Below, piece by piece: positions 28,758 to 39,138 of a stretch of 64,000 nt of DNA. The notes beneath the pieces were generated by a model. The model ran no database searches. It saw nothing but the letters and a program-made list of their open reading frames with translations, and was not told where the DNA came from. The first letter of the stretch is position 1. Each line of letters begins with the position of its first letter. A program made the position numbers and the translations under genes. This DNA comes from Nitrospirota bacterium (lineage in GTDB: Bacteria; Nitrospirota; Leptospirillia; Leptospirillales; Leptospirillaceae), in the NCBI GenBank assembly GCA_021828805.1, contig JAJZCZ010000001.1, positions 715 through 64,714 of the forward strand, given 5' to 3'.

Positions 28758-30779
28758 TCACCCTAAGTCGAAGGGATCGATCTGCCATTCCACGAGGATC
28801 TTTCCCCGGGACTGGTAGTAACTCCTGACCTGTTCGAGCCGTGTGTGGACAAGCCCGATGGTGGGACCCTTGATCACGATCTGGGCCCGATAGCGGTTCT
28901 TGAGCTTGGGGGGAAGTCCCGGTACAGGTCCGAAGATTCCGTTTCCGGCGGGGAAGCTTCCGAAGGGAGACTTTTCTGCAAGGACCTCCTGTACCGGCTC
29001 TTCGTAGGCTGAGGAGAGGATCACCGAGGCCAGCCGTGAGAACGGAGGGTATCCCAGAAGCTTCCTTTCCGCCAGAACATGTTCGTAAAATGCCTCCTGG
29101 TTGTATGTTCTGGCCCACCCGAGAACAGGGTTGTCAGGATCTCGCGTGACGATATCCACAAGTCCGCCGCTTCGGTGGCGGCCCACCCTTCCCGCCAGCT
29201 GCAAGATGAGTCCGAAGGCCCTTTCCGAGGCCCGGTAGTCGGGAAAGGCCAGCATCCCGTCTGCGTCGAGCACGACTCCATAGGTGACCTTCGGTAAATC
29301 GTGTCCCTTGGCCACCACCTGCGTTCCCACAAGGATTTCCCCCTCTCCCTCCCGAAAGGCCGTCAGCCTCTCCTGGGTCTCCCGGGCCGAATCCGCATCA
29401 AGACGGACCACCCGGGCGTCCGGAAAGAGTTTTCCCAGGACCTCTTCGAGTTTTTGTGTGGCCGTTCCCCGAAGCTCCAGATCCCGTTTCAGACAGGACG
29501 GGCAGAGAGAGGGAACGGCAAAAGAGGAGGTACAGGAGTGGCAGATCATCCGGCGGTCGGGGACTTTGTGGAAGACCAGCTTCACCGCGCAGGAGGGGCA
29601 GGAGACGGTCGCATGGCAGGATCGGCACAGCAGGGTGGGAACATACCCCCGGCGATTTAAAAGAATGACCGCCTGTTCCCCCCGGTTGATGGTTGTTGCG
29701 ATGCGTTCGGCAATGGGGTCGGGCAGGGGGGTGTCCCCGGAGGGGGCGGAAAGAAGGGAGATTGCGGGGAGGGGGCGCCCTCCGATTCTTCCAGGAAGGC
29801 TCAGGGAGTGGTAGCGCCCGGAGGAGACGTGAAAGAGGGAGTCGGACAGCGGGGTCGCCGAGCCCAGCACAACCGGAATTCCCGCATCCTGAGCCCGGCG
29901 CAGGGCCAGGTTCCTGGCGTTGAAGGAGAGCCCCTCATAGGCCTGATAGGAGGGATCGTGTTCCTCGTCGACAATGATCAGCCCCAGGCGGGCGAGCGGG
30001 GAAAACAGAGCGGAGCGGGGACCCACCACCACCGGAACCCGCCCGGAGAGGATCCGGGCAAAGGTCTTGCTGCGCTCTCCTTTTGTCTGGGCGCTGTGGA
30101 TCCCTTCCGCGAGCGGGGAAACGGCACGCATCGCCTCAAGAAGGGGCGCCACAAGACCAATCTCAGGGGTAAGGACCAGAACGGAGGATCCCTCCTCAAG
30201 AATGGTCCTGGCCATCTCCTGGTAGAGGCGGGTCTTGCCCGATCCGGTGACCCCCCGCAGAAGAAAAGGGGCAAATTTCTGATGCCGTTTCTCTTCCCAT
30301 GCGGCAAAGGCTCCTGCCTGGGCGTCTGAGAGGGGAGGAAGTGTGGAGACGGGGGCACCTTCCTCCGGCAGACTGGCCCTGTACTCCTTCCAGAAGGAGG
30401 CAGGGAGGGGCTTCGGAAGGGCCATGGAGGGAGGAAGAGCCGACTTGGCCAGAAGGCCCGGGGGGATCTTGTAGTACCAGGCCCCGAAGCTGACAAGCGA
30501 GTGAAGCGAAGGAGGAAAGACTGGAGAGGGATCGAGCACCCCGGCAATCTCCCGAACCGAGCCCTCGAAGGGAGGGGCGGAGATGGACCAGACGAGCCCC
30601 GCCACTGTTCGTCGTCCCAGGGGGACGGCGACCCGGGTTCCCGGAGGGATCTCTGTGTCGGAGTCGGGGTTTTTGTAGGTGAGAAGGGGGATGTCCGGGA
30701 TGGCGTCGAAGGGAAGGACTGTTAAATGGCCCTTCTCCGGCGTAGAGGATGTCTCAGAGGGGACGGGTGTCAGATCCAC
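28758..30779 (-). CDS. priA: Primosomal replication restart helicase PriA
   Basis: Walker A GVTGSGKT, DEEH box IVDEEHD, Cys-rich zinc region CRSCHATVSCPSCAV...CHSC...CPSC. Confidence 0.9.
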   Translation of the reverse strand: MDLTPVPSETSSTPEKGHLTVLPFDAIPDIPLLTYKNPDSDTEIPPGTRVAVPLGRRTVAGLVWSISAPPFEGSVREIAGVLDPSPVFPPSLHSLVSFGAWYYKIPPGLLAKSALPPSMALPKPLPASFWKEYRASLPEEGAPVSTLPPLSDAQAGAFAAWEEKRHQKFAPFLLRGVTGSGKTRLYQEMARTILEEGSSVLVLTPEIGLVAPLLEAMRAVSPLAEGIHSAQTKGERSKTFARILSGRVPVVVGPRSALFSPLARLGLIIVDEEHDPSYQAYEGLSFNARNLALRRAQDAGIPVVLGSATPLSDSLFHVSSGRYHSLSLPGRIGGRPLPAISLLSAPSGDTPLPDPIAERIATTINRGEQAVILLNRRGYVPTLLCRSCHATVSCPSCAVKLVFHKVPDRRMICHSCTSSFAVPSLCPSCLKRDLELRGTATQKLEEVLGKLFPDARVVRLDADSARETQERLTAFREGEGEILVGTQVVAKGHDLPKVTYGVVLDADGMLAFPDYRASERAFGLILQLAGRVGRHRSGGLVDIVTRDPDNPVLGWARTYNQEAFYEHVLAERKLLGYPPFSRLASVILSSAYEEPVQEVLAEKSPFGSFPAGNGIFGPVPGLPPKLKNRYRAQIVIKGPTIGLVHTRLEQVRSYYQSRGKILVEWQIDPFDLG

Positions 30780-31224
30780 TCTTGAGCCGGAGGATTTCTA
30801 AGGCGAACTCTTCCGGATCACGGAAGCTCTTGTAGACGGAGGCGAAGCGGACGTAGGCGACGTGATCGATCCGGGAGAGGTGTTCCATGACGAGTTCCCC
30901 GATTCTCCGGGACAGGATCTCCTGCGTGGAGAGCTCGGAGAGAGTCCGCTCGATTTCTTCGGCGATCGCGGTAATGGCTTCGGTCGACACAGGACGCTTC
31001 TGGAAGGCCCGTTTGAGGCCCTCCATCAGCTTGCTCCTGTCATAAGGCTCCCGCCGGCCGTCCTTCTTCACGACGACGGGGGTGGACTCCTGAACCCATT
31101 CGTAGGTGGTAAATCGGGTGTGGCAGGAGGCACATTCCCTTCGCCGACGGATCCCGCGGCCGTCGGCAGTAAGACGGGAGTCGACGACCTTGGAGTCCGG
31201 GATGCGGCAGAAGGGACAGTTCAT
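30754..31224 (-). CDS. nrdR: Transcriptional repressor NrdR
   Basis: [17 protein letters not shown]...CASC zinc ribbon followed by an ATP-cone. Confidence 0.95.
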   Translation of the reverse strand: MNCPFCRIPDSKVVDSRLTADGRGIRRRRECASCHTRFTTYEWVQESTPVVVKKDGRREPYDRSKLMEGLKRAFQKRPVSTEAITAIAEEIERTLSELSTQEILSRRIGELVMEHLSRIDHVAYVRFASVYKSFRDPEEFALEILRLKSGSDTRPL

Positions 31225-32489
31225 CGGGGTGTCGCGGAGCCGCTCCTGCGGATTTCCCCGTAGATGGGGAAGCGGGCGAGAAGGTCCCGGATCTGGTCGG
31301 CAACCTTCCGGGTGACCTCTGCCTTGCCCCGGCTGTCGAGGATTTCCCGGATCCAGAGGCCCACCTGGCGCATCTCATCCCGGCCAAGCCCCCGCGTGGT
31401 GGCCGCCGGCGTTCCGATGCGGATCCCGCTTGTGACTGTCGGAGGCTTGTCATCAAAGGGGACGCCGTTCTTGTTGACAAAGATGCCGGCCTGGGAGAGA
31501 AACTGCTCGGCATCGCGGCCGGTGAGTCCCTGGGGGCGGAGGTCGATCAGGAGAAGATGGTTGTCTGTTCCCCCGGTCAGAAGGTGGTAGCCGCCTTCCG
31601 TCAGGGTCTCTGCCAGAACACGGCAGTTTTCGACAACGCGGGCCATGTAGTCCCGGAAGGAGGGGTCCATCGCCTCGCGGAGCATGACGGCCTTGCCGGC
31701 GACGACATGCATGAGGGGTCCCCCCTGCATCATCGGGAAGACGGCCTTGTCGAGGGCTTTGGCATGAGCTTCCCGGGAGAAGGCCATCCCGCCTCTTGGC
31801 CCCCGGAGGGTCTTGTGGGTGGATGTCGTCACGTAGTCGGCGACGGGAAAGGGAGAAGGATGGAGTCCGGCGGCCACGAGTCCGGAGATGTGCGCCATGT
31901 CCACGAGGAAGGTGGCTCCAACTTCATCGCTGATTGCCCGGAAGGGGGCGAAATCGATGATCCGGGGATAGGAGCTTGCGCCGGCAATGATGATCCGGGG
32001 ACGATGTTCGCGGGCCAGTGATCTGACCTGGTCCATATCGATGAGGCCGGTCTTGGGGTCGACGCCATAGGAGACGGCCTTGTAGTAGTGTCCGGAAAAG
32101 GAGACCCCGGCACCGTGGGTGAGATGTCCACCGTGGGAGAGGTTCATTCCGAGAATCGTGTCTCCGGGGCGGATTGCCGCAAGGTATACGGCCATGTTCG
32201 CCTGGGATCCCGAATGAGGCTGAACGTTGACATGCTCGGCGCCGAACAGGGATTTGGCGCGGGCAATGGCGAGTTCTTCGACCTTGTCCACGGCCTCGCA
32301 GCCCGAGTAGTAGCGCCGTCCGGGATATCCCTCGGCATACTTGTTGGTCATGACCGAGCCCACCGCCTCCAGGATCGAAGGGCTCACGTAGTTTTCCGAG
32401 GCGATGAGGATCAGACGATCCTGTTCCCGTTCGACTTCCTGCATGATCGCAAGGTGGGTTTCGGGGTCTTTTTGTTCAAGCCAGCGCAT
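31221..32489 (-). CDS. glyA: Serine hydroxymethyltransferase
   Basis: LIASENYVS and PLP-lysine motif [14 protein letters not shown]. Confidence 0.95.
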   Translation of the reverse strand: MRWLEQKDPETHLAIMQEVEREQDRLILIASENYVSPSILEAVGSVMTNKYAEGYPGRRYYSGCEAVDKVEELAIARAKSLFGAEHVNVQPHSGSQANMAVYLAAIRPGDTILGMNLSHGGHLTHGAGVSFSGHYYKAVSYGVDPKTGLIDMDQVRSLAREHRPRIIIAGASSYPRIIDFAPFRAISDEVGATFLVDMAHISGLVAAGLHPSPFPVADYVTTSTHKTLRGPRGGMAFSREAHAKALDKAVFPMMQGGPLMHVVAGKAVMLREAMDPSFRDYMARVVENCRVLAETLTEGGYHLLTGGTDNHLLLIDLRPQGLTGRDAEQFLSQAGIFVNKNGVPFDDKPPTVTSGIRIGTPAATTRGLGRDEMRQVGLWIREILDSRGKAEVTRKVADQIRDLLARFPIYGEIRRSGSATPR

Positions 32490-32539
32490 GGGGCGATGTT
32501 CCTCTCATTAGAAATCTTTTCATCGGTGTTTGGGTTCGT

Positions 32540-32986
32540 TCAGCGATGTTCCTGTTCGATCCGGGCAATTTTTTCAATTCTCCGGCCGTGGCGCCCTCCT
32601 TCGAATGTGGAGGAGAGAAAGGCGTCAAGCCAGGACGTGGCCTCTTTGGGCGGGACTTCGCGTCCTCCAAAGACGACAATGTTGGCGTTGTTATGCTGAT
32701 GGGCCAAGCGGGCGGTCTCCTCGTTGTAGAGAAGGGCGGCCCGAATGCCGTGGATCTTGTTGGCGGCGATGCTCATTCCGATACCGGTTCCGCAGACGAG
32801 AACGCCGTAGGATCCAGGAGCGCCTACAACGGCGTCTCCCACCTTTTGGGCGTAGTCGGGATAATCAACGGAAAGGTCGGCATCGGTCCCGAGGTCGACG
32901 ACGGAGATCCCCTTCTCTTTCGCATGGGAGAGAAGAATCCCCTTGAGCTCGCGGCCAGCATGGTCCGAGCCAAAATAGAGAGTCAT
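32540..32986 (-). CDS. rpiB: Ribose-5-phosphate isomerase B
   Basis: Internal start MTLYFGSDHAG gives about 148 aa. VLVCGTGIGMSIAANK motif. Confidence 0.9.
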   Translation of the reverse strand: MTLYFGSDHAGRELKGILLSHAKEKGISVVDLGTDADLSVDYPDYAQKVGDAVVGAPGSYGVLVCGTGIGMSIAANKIHGIRAALLYNEETARLAHQHNNANIVVFGGREVPPKEATSWLDAFLSSTFEGGRHGRRIEKIARIEQEHR

Positions 32987-33192
32987 AAATGGCCCCGGGT
33001 GGATTTTTTGTGAATAATTGACGGCAGGTCGTGCGGATGACAATTCTCGCTGACTCACATAGAATTATAACATTGAATCTTTCGGGATGCGAGACGCTTC
33101 GGAAGGCCGGGAGCATCGTGAGTGTTGGGGAGCGGGCCGGCACCTGTGTGGTCCGGAGGAATAAAAGAGTAGTCCTAATCGAGGGAGGATTC

Positions 33193-33717
33193 TTGAAAAA
33201 ACGGCTGTCCGGAACCCTTCCGCTCCTGACCGTTCTTTTGATGGGACTCTCAGCCTGTGACTCGTCCGTCTTCAATAACCCCCACGGGCTTCTCGGCGGG
33301 CTCTTCTCTTCGGGTGGCACCAAGTCGGAGAGCGGATCCGGAACGACCGGGACAAGCTCCGGATCCTCCCGATCCAGCTCAACGGAGTCGTTTTCCTCTT
33401 CGAGTCCCCCGGCGACCACGTCGAAGGATTCCTCTTTCGGGGCGAGCCTCAGCCCCCCGACCTTTTCCCATGTGGTTCCCCTCTCCGAAGGTGACGGGAT
33501 CTATCTTCAGTGGAGAAAGGTTGAAAACGCCTCCGATTACCTCGTTTATGACGGTAACCGGCTGATCAAGGACGTTCCCCAGACCCATACCCGGATCATG
33601 GGGCTTCTCCCCTGTACCGGATATGCCTTTCGCATTTACAGCTCCAACGGAAAAAGGGTCTCCCGCAAGGGACTTCTTGTCCGGGTCCATACCCGGGGCT
33701 GCCTGACCTCGCCCTAA
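33193..33717 (+). CDS. Hypothetical lipoprotein with Ser/Gly/Thr linker and Fn3-like C-terminal domain
   Basis: TTG at 33193 follows GAGGGAGGA. Lipobox LMGLSAC, low-complexity SGSGTTGTSSGSSRSSS, then YLQWRKVENASDYLVY...GYAFRIYS. Confidence 0.45.
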   Translation: MKKRLSGTLPLLTVLLMGLSACDSSVFNNPHGLLGGLFSSGGTKSESGSGTTGTSSGSSRSSSTESFSSSSPPATTSKDSSFGASLSPPTFSHVVPLSEGDGIYLQWRKVENASDYLVYDGNRLIKDVPQTHTRIMGLLPCTGYAFRIYSSNGKRVSRKGLLVRVHTRGCLTSP

Positions 33718-33767
33718 GGGAATTCCTTCCTGATTCTTTCTTTACAAAAATCTTAAGACGTTGCGGG

Positions 33768-34430
33768 CTATCCGAGCGAGCGGATGATGGGGGAGAGAAG
33801 TCTCCTCATGCGGGTCTGCGTCTTTTCAAGGGAGAGCGTGGCGTCGACCACATGAAAGCCATGAGCCTCGCGGAGATTGTCGTATTCCGCCAGGACACGG
33901 GACTGGAAAAGGATGTAGGACTCCCGTGGATCTGAGGAGAGGTCCATGTCGAGACCGGCTTCGTAGAACTTGATCGGGCGCGTCCGGGTAATTCTCTGAT
34001 AGGACATCTCCGGGGCGACGCGAAAGAGGAAGGTAAGGTCCGGCACGATGGCAAAGTTGAAATTTGACAGGAGCCAGGGGCGGGGAAGGCCGCGGGCACA
34101 GTCCCTCGCGATGGCGGTATAGATATACCGGTCGGAGAGGACGATCATTCCGGCCTCCATGGCCGGAAGAATTTCATAAGTGTAACGGAAGCTGAAATCA
34201 GCGGCATGCAGGAGGCTGAAGGCGTAGGGGGTAAGGATCTGCTTTTTCTTGGCTTTCCGGATGACAGGGGAGATGTCCGGGCTCGAATTCCATGCGCTTT
34301 TCAAAACCCCGAATCCCTTGGACTGCAAATAGTCGGACAGGAGGTCGAGCTGGGTCGATTTCCCTGAGCCATCAATTCCTTCGACGACGATGAGACGGCC
34401 GGGATAGGGGTGGGGGGCGGTATGGGTCAC
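33768..34430 (-). CDS. Thymidylate kinase-like P-loop kinase (downstream copy; DRY motif retained)
   Basis: P-loop VEGIDGSGKSTQ and LSDRYIY. 220 aa. The GTG start overlaps the upstream paralog's stop (GTGA). Confidence 0.6.
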   Translation of the reverse strand: MTHTAPHPYPGRLIVVEGIDGSGKSTQLDLLSDYLQSKGFGVLKSAWNSSPDISPVIRKAKKKQILTPYAFSLLHAADFSFRYTYEILPAMEAGMIVLSDRYIYTAIARDCARGLPRPWLLSNFNFAIVPDLTFLFRVAPEMSYQRITRTRPIKFYEAGLDMDLSSDPRESYILFQSRVLAEYDNLREAHGFHVVDATLSLEKTQTRMRRLLSPIIRSLG

Positions 34431-35107
34431 CGGTTCTCCTTCCTGTGGGCAGAAAGGAGCGCGTCGATCCGTGACCTGAGGGTTGCCTGCTGGCGATGGA
34501 TCGGAGCCGTGGCGTCGATGGTGTCCATGTGATGGGCTCTGGCAAGTTCCCGATACATCTCGATGAGCCGCCTTTGGTAAATGACGAAGGAGTCTTTTTT
34601 GCGTCCGGAGAGATTCATGTCCATTCCGGATTCATAGTAGTCGAAAAACCTTTCCTGGCGGGTTTTCCAGTGAAGCCGGTCGAGGAGTGTTTCAACAGGG
34701 AGGTCGAGGTAGAAGGTCTTGGCCGGGACGAGGGCAATATCAAAGATATTGGCGATCCAGTCGGGGGCGATCCCCCGCAGGATGGCCCGGCTGAAGACGG
34801 TGTAGACATACTGCTCGGCGATGACAAGCTGGCCTGATTCCAGGGCGGGAATGATCTGGTGCTCGAAGCGGTCGACAAAGTCGGCGGCATAGAGAAAGCT
34901 GAATGTGACAGGGTCGAGATAGTTCTGCTGCTTGAGGTCGGAGATGGCTTTTTTGATGAGCTCAACAGTGTTGCAGGCCGAGACGACGACAGCGACCCCG
35001 CGAGAGAGATAGTAGTGCTTCAGAAGCTCAGCCTGGGTTGTTTTTCCTGATCCATCCGTTCCTTCGATGGCAACAAGAAGTCCGGGATACTGATTCGTTC
35101 GTTCCAA
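34427..35107 (-). CDS. Thymidylate kinase-like P-loop protein (upstream copy; DRX motif degenerate)
   Basis: P-loop IEGTDGSGKTTQ. AEQY sits where Tmk has DR(Y/H/F). 226 aa, clearly paralogous to the adjacent gene. Confidence 0.6.
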   Translation of the reverse strand: MERTNQYPGLLVAIEGTDGSGKTTQAELLKHYYLSRGVAVVVSACNTVELIKKAISDLKQQNYLDPVTFSFLYAADFVDRFEHQIIPALESGQLVIAEQYVYTVFSRAILRGIAPDWIANIFDIALVPAKTFYLDLPVETLLDRLHWKTRQERFFDYYESGMDMNLSGRKKDSFVIYQRRLIEMYRELARAHHMDTIDATAPIHRQQATLRSRIDALLSAHRKENR

Positions 35108-35289
35108 GGGAAAGCATCCTTAGAAAAAAGTGGCAAGGGTTCTCGATAACGTGAGATCTATTTGAAAAACGCTATCAGCCATAAAGGGTAAAGTCAAGCA
35201 AGGGAAACGGAATTTTACCCGGAGGCCTCTCCGAACTGTCCGTTTTGGATATCGGGAAACGGGGAGTTTCCCGCCGGCGGTTCAAGAAT

Positions 35290-35490
35290 CCGTCTCTTTT
35301 TTAGCCATGATAAATGATGTAAAAATAGAAATATTCAATTTTTTATATTTTTATATCATTTCTTATTATTGTGAAGTGTTTTTTATTTTTATTTGACATG
35401 AAATATGAGTCTGTAATAGTATAATTTAACTACCATTAAATTAAATTATTTTGTATTTTTTATTTTTGATATTTTATTTTTTAAACGCTA
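35290..35490 (+). promoter_or_regulatory. Extreme AT-rich intergenic tract with candidate sigma70-like promoter for the MCP gene
   Basis: I count 22 G/C in the 150 nt 35341-35490. TTGACA at 35393-35398, an 18-nt spacer, then TAGTAT at 35417-35422 (TATAAT at 35420-35425 would need a 21-nt spacer). Confidence 0.35.
35436..35459 (+). repeat. 24-nt AT-rich motif, copy 1 (TTAAATTAAATTATTTTGTATTTT)
   Basis: Matches 45386-45409 at 22 of 24 positions, in the same strand orientation. Confidence 0.5.
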
Positions 35491-35538
35491 CAAAATGAAG
35501 GAGGAGGACATTCCAGTCCGGAACTGTCCTGATAAAAT

Positions 35539-37407
35539 ATGGGAGATGAATTTATCAATGACCGGCGCGAGGTGGATAGCCATGTGGCCGACCGGAGATT
35601 TTCTGACAAGAGAAAGCGGGATGTCGAGGTCGGAGGCAAGCGGTTTCGGACCCGGGCCAATGTTGTCATCTCGGTTCTCGTGGCTATTACAACCATTGCG
35701 GGACTTGTACTCGTAGTCAAGAGCCTGGGCCGTCTGTCCGTCGCCTCCCGGGAACTTGCCTCCGTGGGACAAGTCAGGAATGCGTTGATCAGACTTCAGT
35801 CTGATGCGGGTTCTTACTTTCTCAAGAGCGACCCCGCCCTTTATACCGATTTCGTCAGGACGAACTCGAGTCTTGCGAAGCAGATCGATACCCTGAACGG
35901 GATCACGGCCACCGAAAAGGCGGAGGTCAAGGTCAACCTCATCCAGATGAGAGCCTTGTCGACCCTTCTCTTTCATACCTCTGCGCGGTCTGTTGAGAAG
36001 CAAGGGTTTGCCAGTGTTCAGAACCTGATACAGATTCTCGACCAGAATGTCGCTAAAAAAGCGGTGGACCGGGAAGAGATCAAATATCAGGCAGAAGAAA
36101 CAAAAATACGGAATATCGTGATCGGGAACAGCCTCTTTATTCTTGTTCTGGCCATTCTCTCAACTCTCATGACGGTCCGCCTGGCCCACAATGTCCAGCG
36201 CGGTCTGCTTGACCCCTTGCACCAGCTTGCGGAGCAGGCACAAGAGGCCATGCATTTCCGTCTGTCCGACCGGCATATCGAAAGTCCCTATCTTGAAATC
36301 CAGGGGGTAAGCACCACAATCAGCTCGGTCCTCAAGATGGTTTTCACGACACTCAACCGTCTCCCCGGACTGGGGGTGGCCATCGCCGAGGCCGAGATGG
36401 GCGAGGGGCGCGAGAAAAATACGATACTGTACGCGAACGATACCATGCACGCACTTTACAAGACGATTCGTCCGGAGCTTGAGACGTTTATCGGAAACCC
36501 TCTGCCAGCGGATCTACGTGGCATGTCCATCCACTCCTTCCACCGGAATCCCGACGGGATCCGAAGGGACATTGCGGCGATCGGCCCCGACGAGATCCGG
36601 ATGAACTCCGTTCTGACAATCGGCAGCCGGTTCATTTCTTCCCAGAGCTTTGCCTTAAATGATGAAGACGGTCATCCCCAAGCCTATGTTACGGTTTTTT
36701 CCGACGTAACGCGTGAGTCAAACTTGAATTCCGGCATCATGAATGCAGAGAGCTCCGGCCGCAACCTCACCCAGTCGATGGCGCAGATCTCGGGATCCGT
36801 CTCGGAGGTTGCCCGGAGTCTCGATACCATTTCCCGGGAGTTTGGCGGAATCAATGATGAAGTTCACAGGGGAGGGGACATCGTCGCGAATCTTTCCAAG
36901 ACCGTCGACAGCCAGACGGGCCTGATGACAACGCTTCAGTCGGTGACCGAGTCCATGAACACAAAGTCATCGGAGATCCAGCAGATCACCGAAGCCATCA
37001 GTCAGATTGCCGAGCAGATCAACCTGCTGGCCTTAAACGCTGCCATCGAGGCCGCCCGGGCCGGAGATCAGGGACGGGGGTTTGCGGTGGTGGCCGACGA
37101 GGTGAGAAAGCTGGCGGACATGACGTCACGGTCGGTGGGGGACATCGGGTCGATCATCGAGTCCACCGTCGAGGAGACCCGGAGAAATTCGACCCTTCTC
37201 GGGGAGCTGGGGACGGCTGTGCTCTCAACGAAGGCGCGGACGGAAGAGACGAAGCAGGCGTTTTCCACAATCGAAACGTCTCTTGTCCGGCTTACAACGC
37301 TTTCCGAGGAAATCCGCTCCCAGATGACGCTCTCGTCGGGAGCCGTCGTGAAAATGGACGCCCTTGTGGGGGAGACCCTCAGAAGTTACGACAGACTGTT
37401 GCGATAG
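35539..37407 (+). CDS. Methyl-accepting chemotaxis protein
   Basis: Two TM segments around a roughly 140-aa periplasmic helical domain, a cytoplasmic sensor-like region, and the signalling hairpin [31 protein letters not shown]. Confidence 0.85.
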   Translation: MGDEFINDRREVDSHVADRRFSDKRKRDVEVGGKRFRTRANVVISVLVAITTIAGLVLVVKSLGRLSVASRELASVGQVRNALIRLQSDAGSYFLKSDPALYTDFVRTNSSLAKQIDTLNGITATEKAEVKVNLIQMRALSTLLFHTSARSVEKQGFASVQNLIQILDQNVAKKAVDREEIKYQAEETKIRNIVIGNSLFILVLAILSTLMTVRLAHNVQRGLLDPLHQLAEQAQEAMHFRLSDRHIESPYLEIQGVSTTISSVLKMVFTTLNRLPGLGVAIAEAEMGEGREKNTILYANDTMHALYKTIRPELETFIGNPLPADLRGMSIHSFHRNPDGIRRDIAAIGPDEIRMNSVLTIGSRFISSQSFALNDEDGHPQAYVTVFSDVTRESNLNSGIMNAESSGRNLTQSMAQISGSVSEVARSLDTISREFGGINDEVHRGGDIVANLSKTVDSQTGLMTTLQSVTESMNTKSSEIQQITEAISQIAEQINLLALNAAIEAARAGDQGRGFAVVADEVRKLADMTSRSVGDIGSIIESTVEETRRNSTLLGELGTAVLSTKARTEETKQAFSTIETSLVRLTTLSEEIRSQMTLSSGAVVKMDALVGETLRSYDRLLR

Positions 37408-37440
37408 GAGTTGCAGGAGCTCCGGGAGGTTTTGTCAGAT

Positions 37441-38961
37441 TCATTCAGTGGGCAAGGTGAACCATTGGACAGAGACGGGAGTTCCCGTCGACATGTCCAG
37501 ACTCTCGGTCTTTTCCAGACGGAGATCCGGCATGCTCTCGTCAGTGCCCGGCGGAAGAATCCTGATCAGGGAGGGCCGGATCGAAAGCGTCGGTGATTCT
37601 CCGGCGTGAAGAAGAACGGCCTTTCTCGCGAGGAGGAGCGCCGACGTGAGGATAGCCAGGATCTTTTGGTCGCTTTTTGAGAGATGGCGAAGATAGGGGT
37701 GAGGCTTTTTCTTGCTCCGGCCCCGTTCATCGGCCAGGTTTAAAACGAGCCCGATGAGAAGCCTGTTCTTCTGGGAAATTCCCGGAAGCTCTCCGTGCAG
37801 AAGAAGGTCCCAGAGAGCCCGCTGGTTAGGAATGGCCGCGTGAAGGATGGGAAGATGATCCAGCGTGCCGATCGTATGGGACAGGATACGCGTTCGCTGG
37901 GGTCCGGCAGAGGGGGGGAGGAGACCGGAGGCGATGGTGGCATAGGTCTCTTTTAGTGGCCGGACATCCCGGGGGCGGCCATAGCGACGGGAGAGGCGGT
38001 GGAGTGTTTCGATGAAGATCGGCTCATCCGTCGGCTCATGGTTTTGGCGAAAGTATTCCATGAAGAGTCCCTGTCTCAATCCGTAATGGGAAAAAGTCAG
38101 GGTGGGAGCCCTCGACAGACGTACGATGGCGGAAATAACGGCGATCCCCGCAGGAAGAATGTCCGCCCGGTCCGGGGCGACCCCCAGAACCCGTGCCTGC
38201 TCGGAAGAGAGATGTTTGCCTATCTTTTTTGAAAGATTGGGAATTTCCCGGGCGAGAACCTCGTAGTGGTGGATGTCGGGAAAAAAGGGAAACTTCCTGA
38301 GCTTCTGGGAAATTCTTGCCAGTCCCCGGGCGGTTCCTCCCACCCCTGTCAGTGTGGGATAGGGTCTGTCGAACATTCCGCTATTTTCAAGCGTCTCTCC
38401 GACATAGCGCTCCAGCTTTTTCCATTCTGCGGCCGTAGGTCGCGCGCGGTTTGCAAAAAAAGACTCGGAAAGCCGGACAGCTCCGAGAGGGAGCGTCTGG
38501 ATCCGGCGGGGAGTATCCTCCATCACATCGATGAGTTCGGCCGATCCGCCTCCGATATCAAAGATGAGGCCATCATGCAGGTCGAATCCGTTCTTGACTC
38601 CATGAAAGCTATACCAGCCTTCCCTTTCCCCTTCCAGAATCTCAATTTTTGATCCGAGGGCCTTTGTCAGGCGGCTCAAGACCAAGTCGCGATTTTTTGC
38701 ATCCCGGATGGCCGATGTTGCGACGCAACGGGTGATATCCGTCCGGTGAAATGCGATCCGTCCGGCAAAATCCCTGAGGCTCCGCTCTGCCCGTTCAATA
38801 GCTTCCGGAAGAATGTCGAGGGAGGGGTACATGCCAGCGGCGATACGGGCCGAGCTCTTGTATCGCGCGATGGTCCAGAAGTCGTCTCCGCGAACGGCGA
38901 TGATCTCGAGTCTCATGGAGTTGGACCCGATATCGATGAGGGCGATTTTCTCTAGGCTCAT
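37441..38961 (-). CDS. ppx: Exopolyphosphatase / guanosine pentaphosphate phosphohydrolase family
   Basis: N-terminal IALIDIGSNSMRLEI, the DIGGGS phosphate loop of the ASKHA fold, and a C-terminal helical domain. 506 aa. Confidence 0.85.
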   Translation of the reverse strand: MSLEKIALIDIGSNSMRLEIIAVRGDDFWTIARYKSSARIAAGMYPSLDILPEAIERAERSLRDFAGRIAFHRTDITRCVATSAIRDAKNRDLVLSRLTKALGSKIEILEGEREGWYSFHGVKNGFDLHDGLIFDIGGGSAELIDVMEDTPRRIQTLPLGAVRLSESFFANRARPTAAEWKKLERYVGETLENSGMFDRPYPTLTGVGGTARGLARISQKLRKFPFFPDIHHYEVLAREIPNLSKKIGKHLSSEQARVLGVAPDRADILPAGIAVISAIVRLSRAPTLTFSHYGLRQGLFMEYFRQNHEPTDEPIFIETLHRLSRRYGRPRDVRPLKETYATIASGLLPPSAGPQRTRILSHTIGTLDHLPILHAAIPNQRALWDLLLHGELPGISQKNRLLIGLVLNLADERGRSKKKPHPYLRHLSKSDQKILAILTSALLLARKAVLLHAGESPTLSIRPSLIRILPPGTDESMPDLRLEKTESLDMSTGTPVSVQWFTLPTE

Positions 38962-39031
38962 GGCTTGATTGTGACACAGGAGAAAGAGCCTTCCAAGGGC
39001 ATGGGAAGAGTGTCGACCCGATAAAGATCGA

Positions 39032-39059
39032 TTGATCCCGAACGCTCTTCAGGTATAAT
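39032..39059 (+). promoter_or_regulatory. Candidate sigma70 promoter of the ubiE-radical SAM-ubiC-ubiA operon
   Basis: TTGATC (39032-39037), 16-nt spacer, TATAAT (39054-39059). Confidence 0.4.
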
Positions 39060-39138
39060 GAAAAAAAAGAAATTGCGGACCCTTGGTTCGCCGTCCGTCA
39101 GGGACGTGACTTCCACGCAAATGACCGAAAGGCCACCT

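Noticed and set aside
35307-35396. 29-codon ORF (MINDVKIEIFNFLYFYIISYYCEVFFIFI) inside the AT tract, considered as a possible peptide or RiPP precursor.
   Set aside because: It has no RBS. Its composition follows simply from AT-rich DNA, and it is not adjacent to either radical SAM gene.
35290-35490. AT-rich tract as a replication origin or DNA unwinding element.
   Set aside because: I find no DnaA-box-like TTATCCACA/TGTGGATAA sequences and no dnaA, dnaN or par genes nearby. Its position directly upstream of a gene fits a promoter better.
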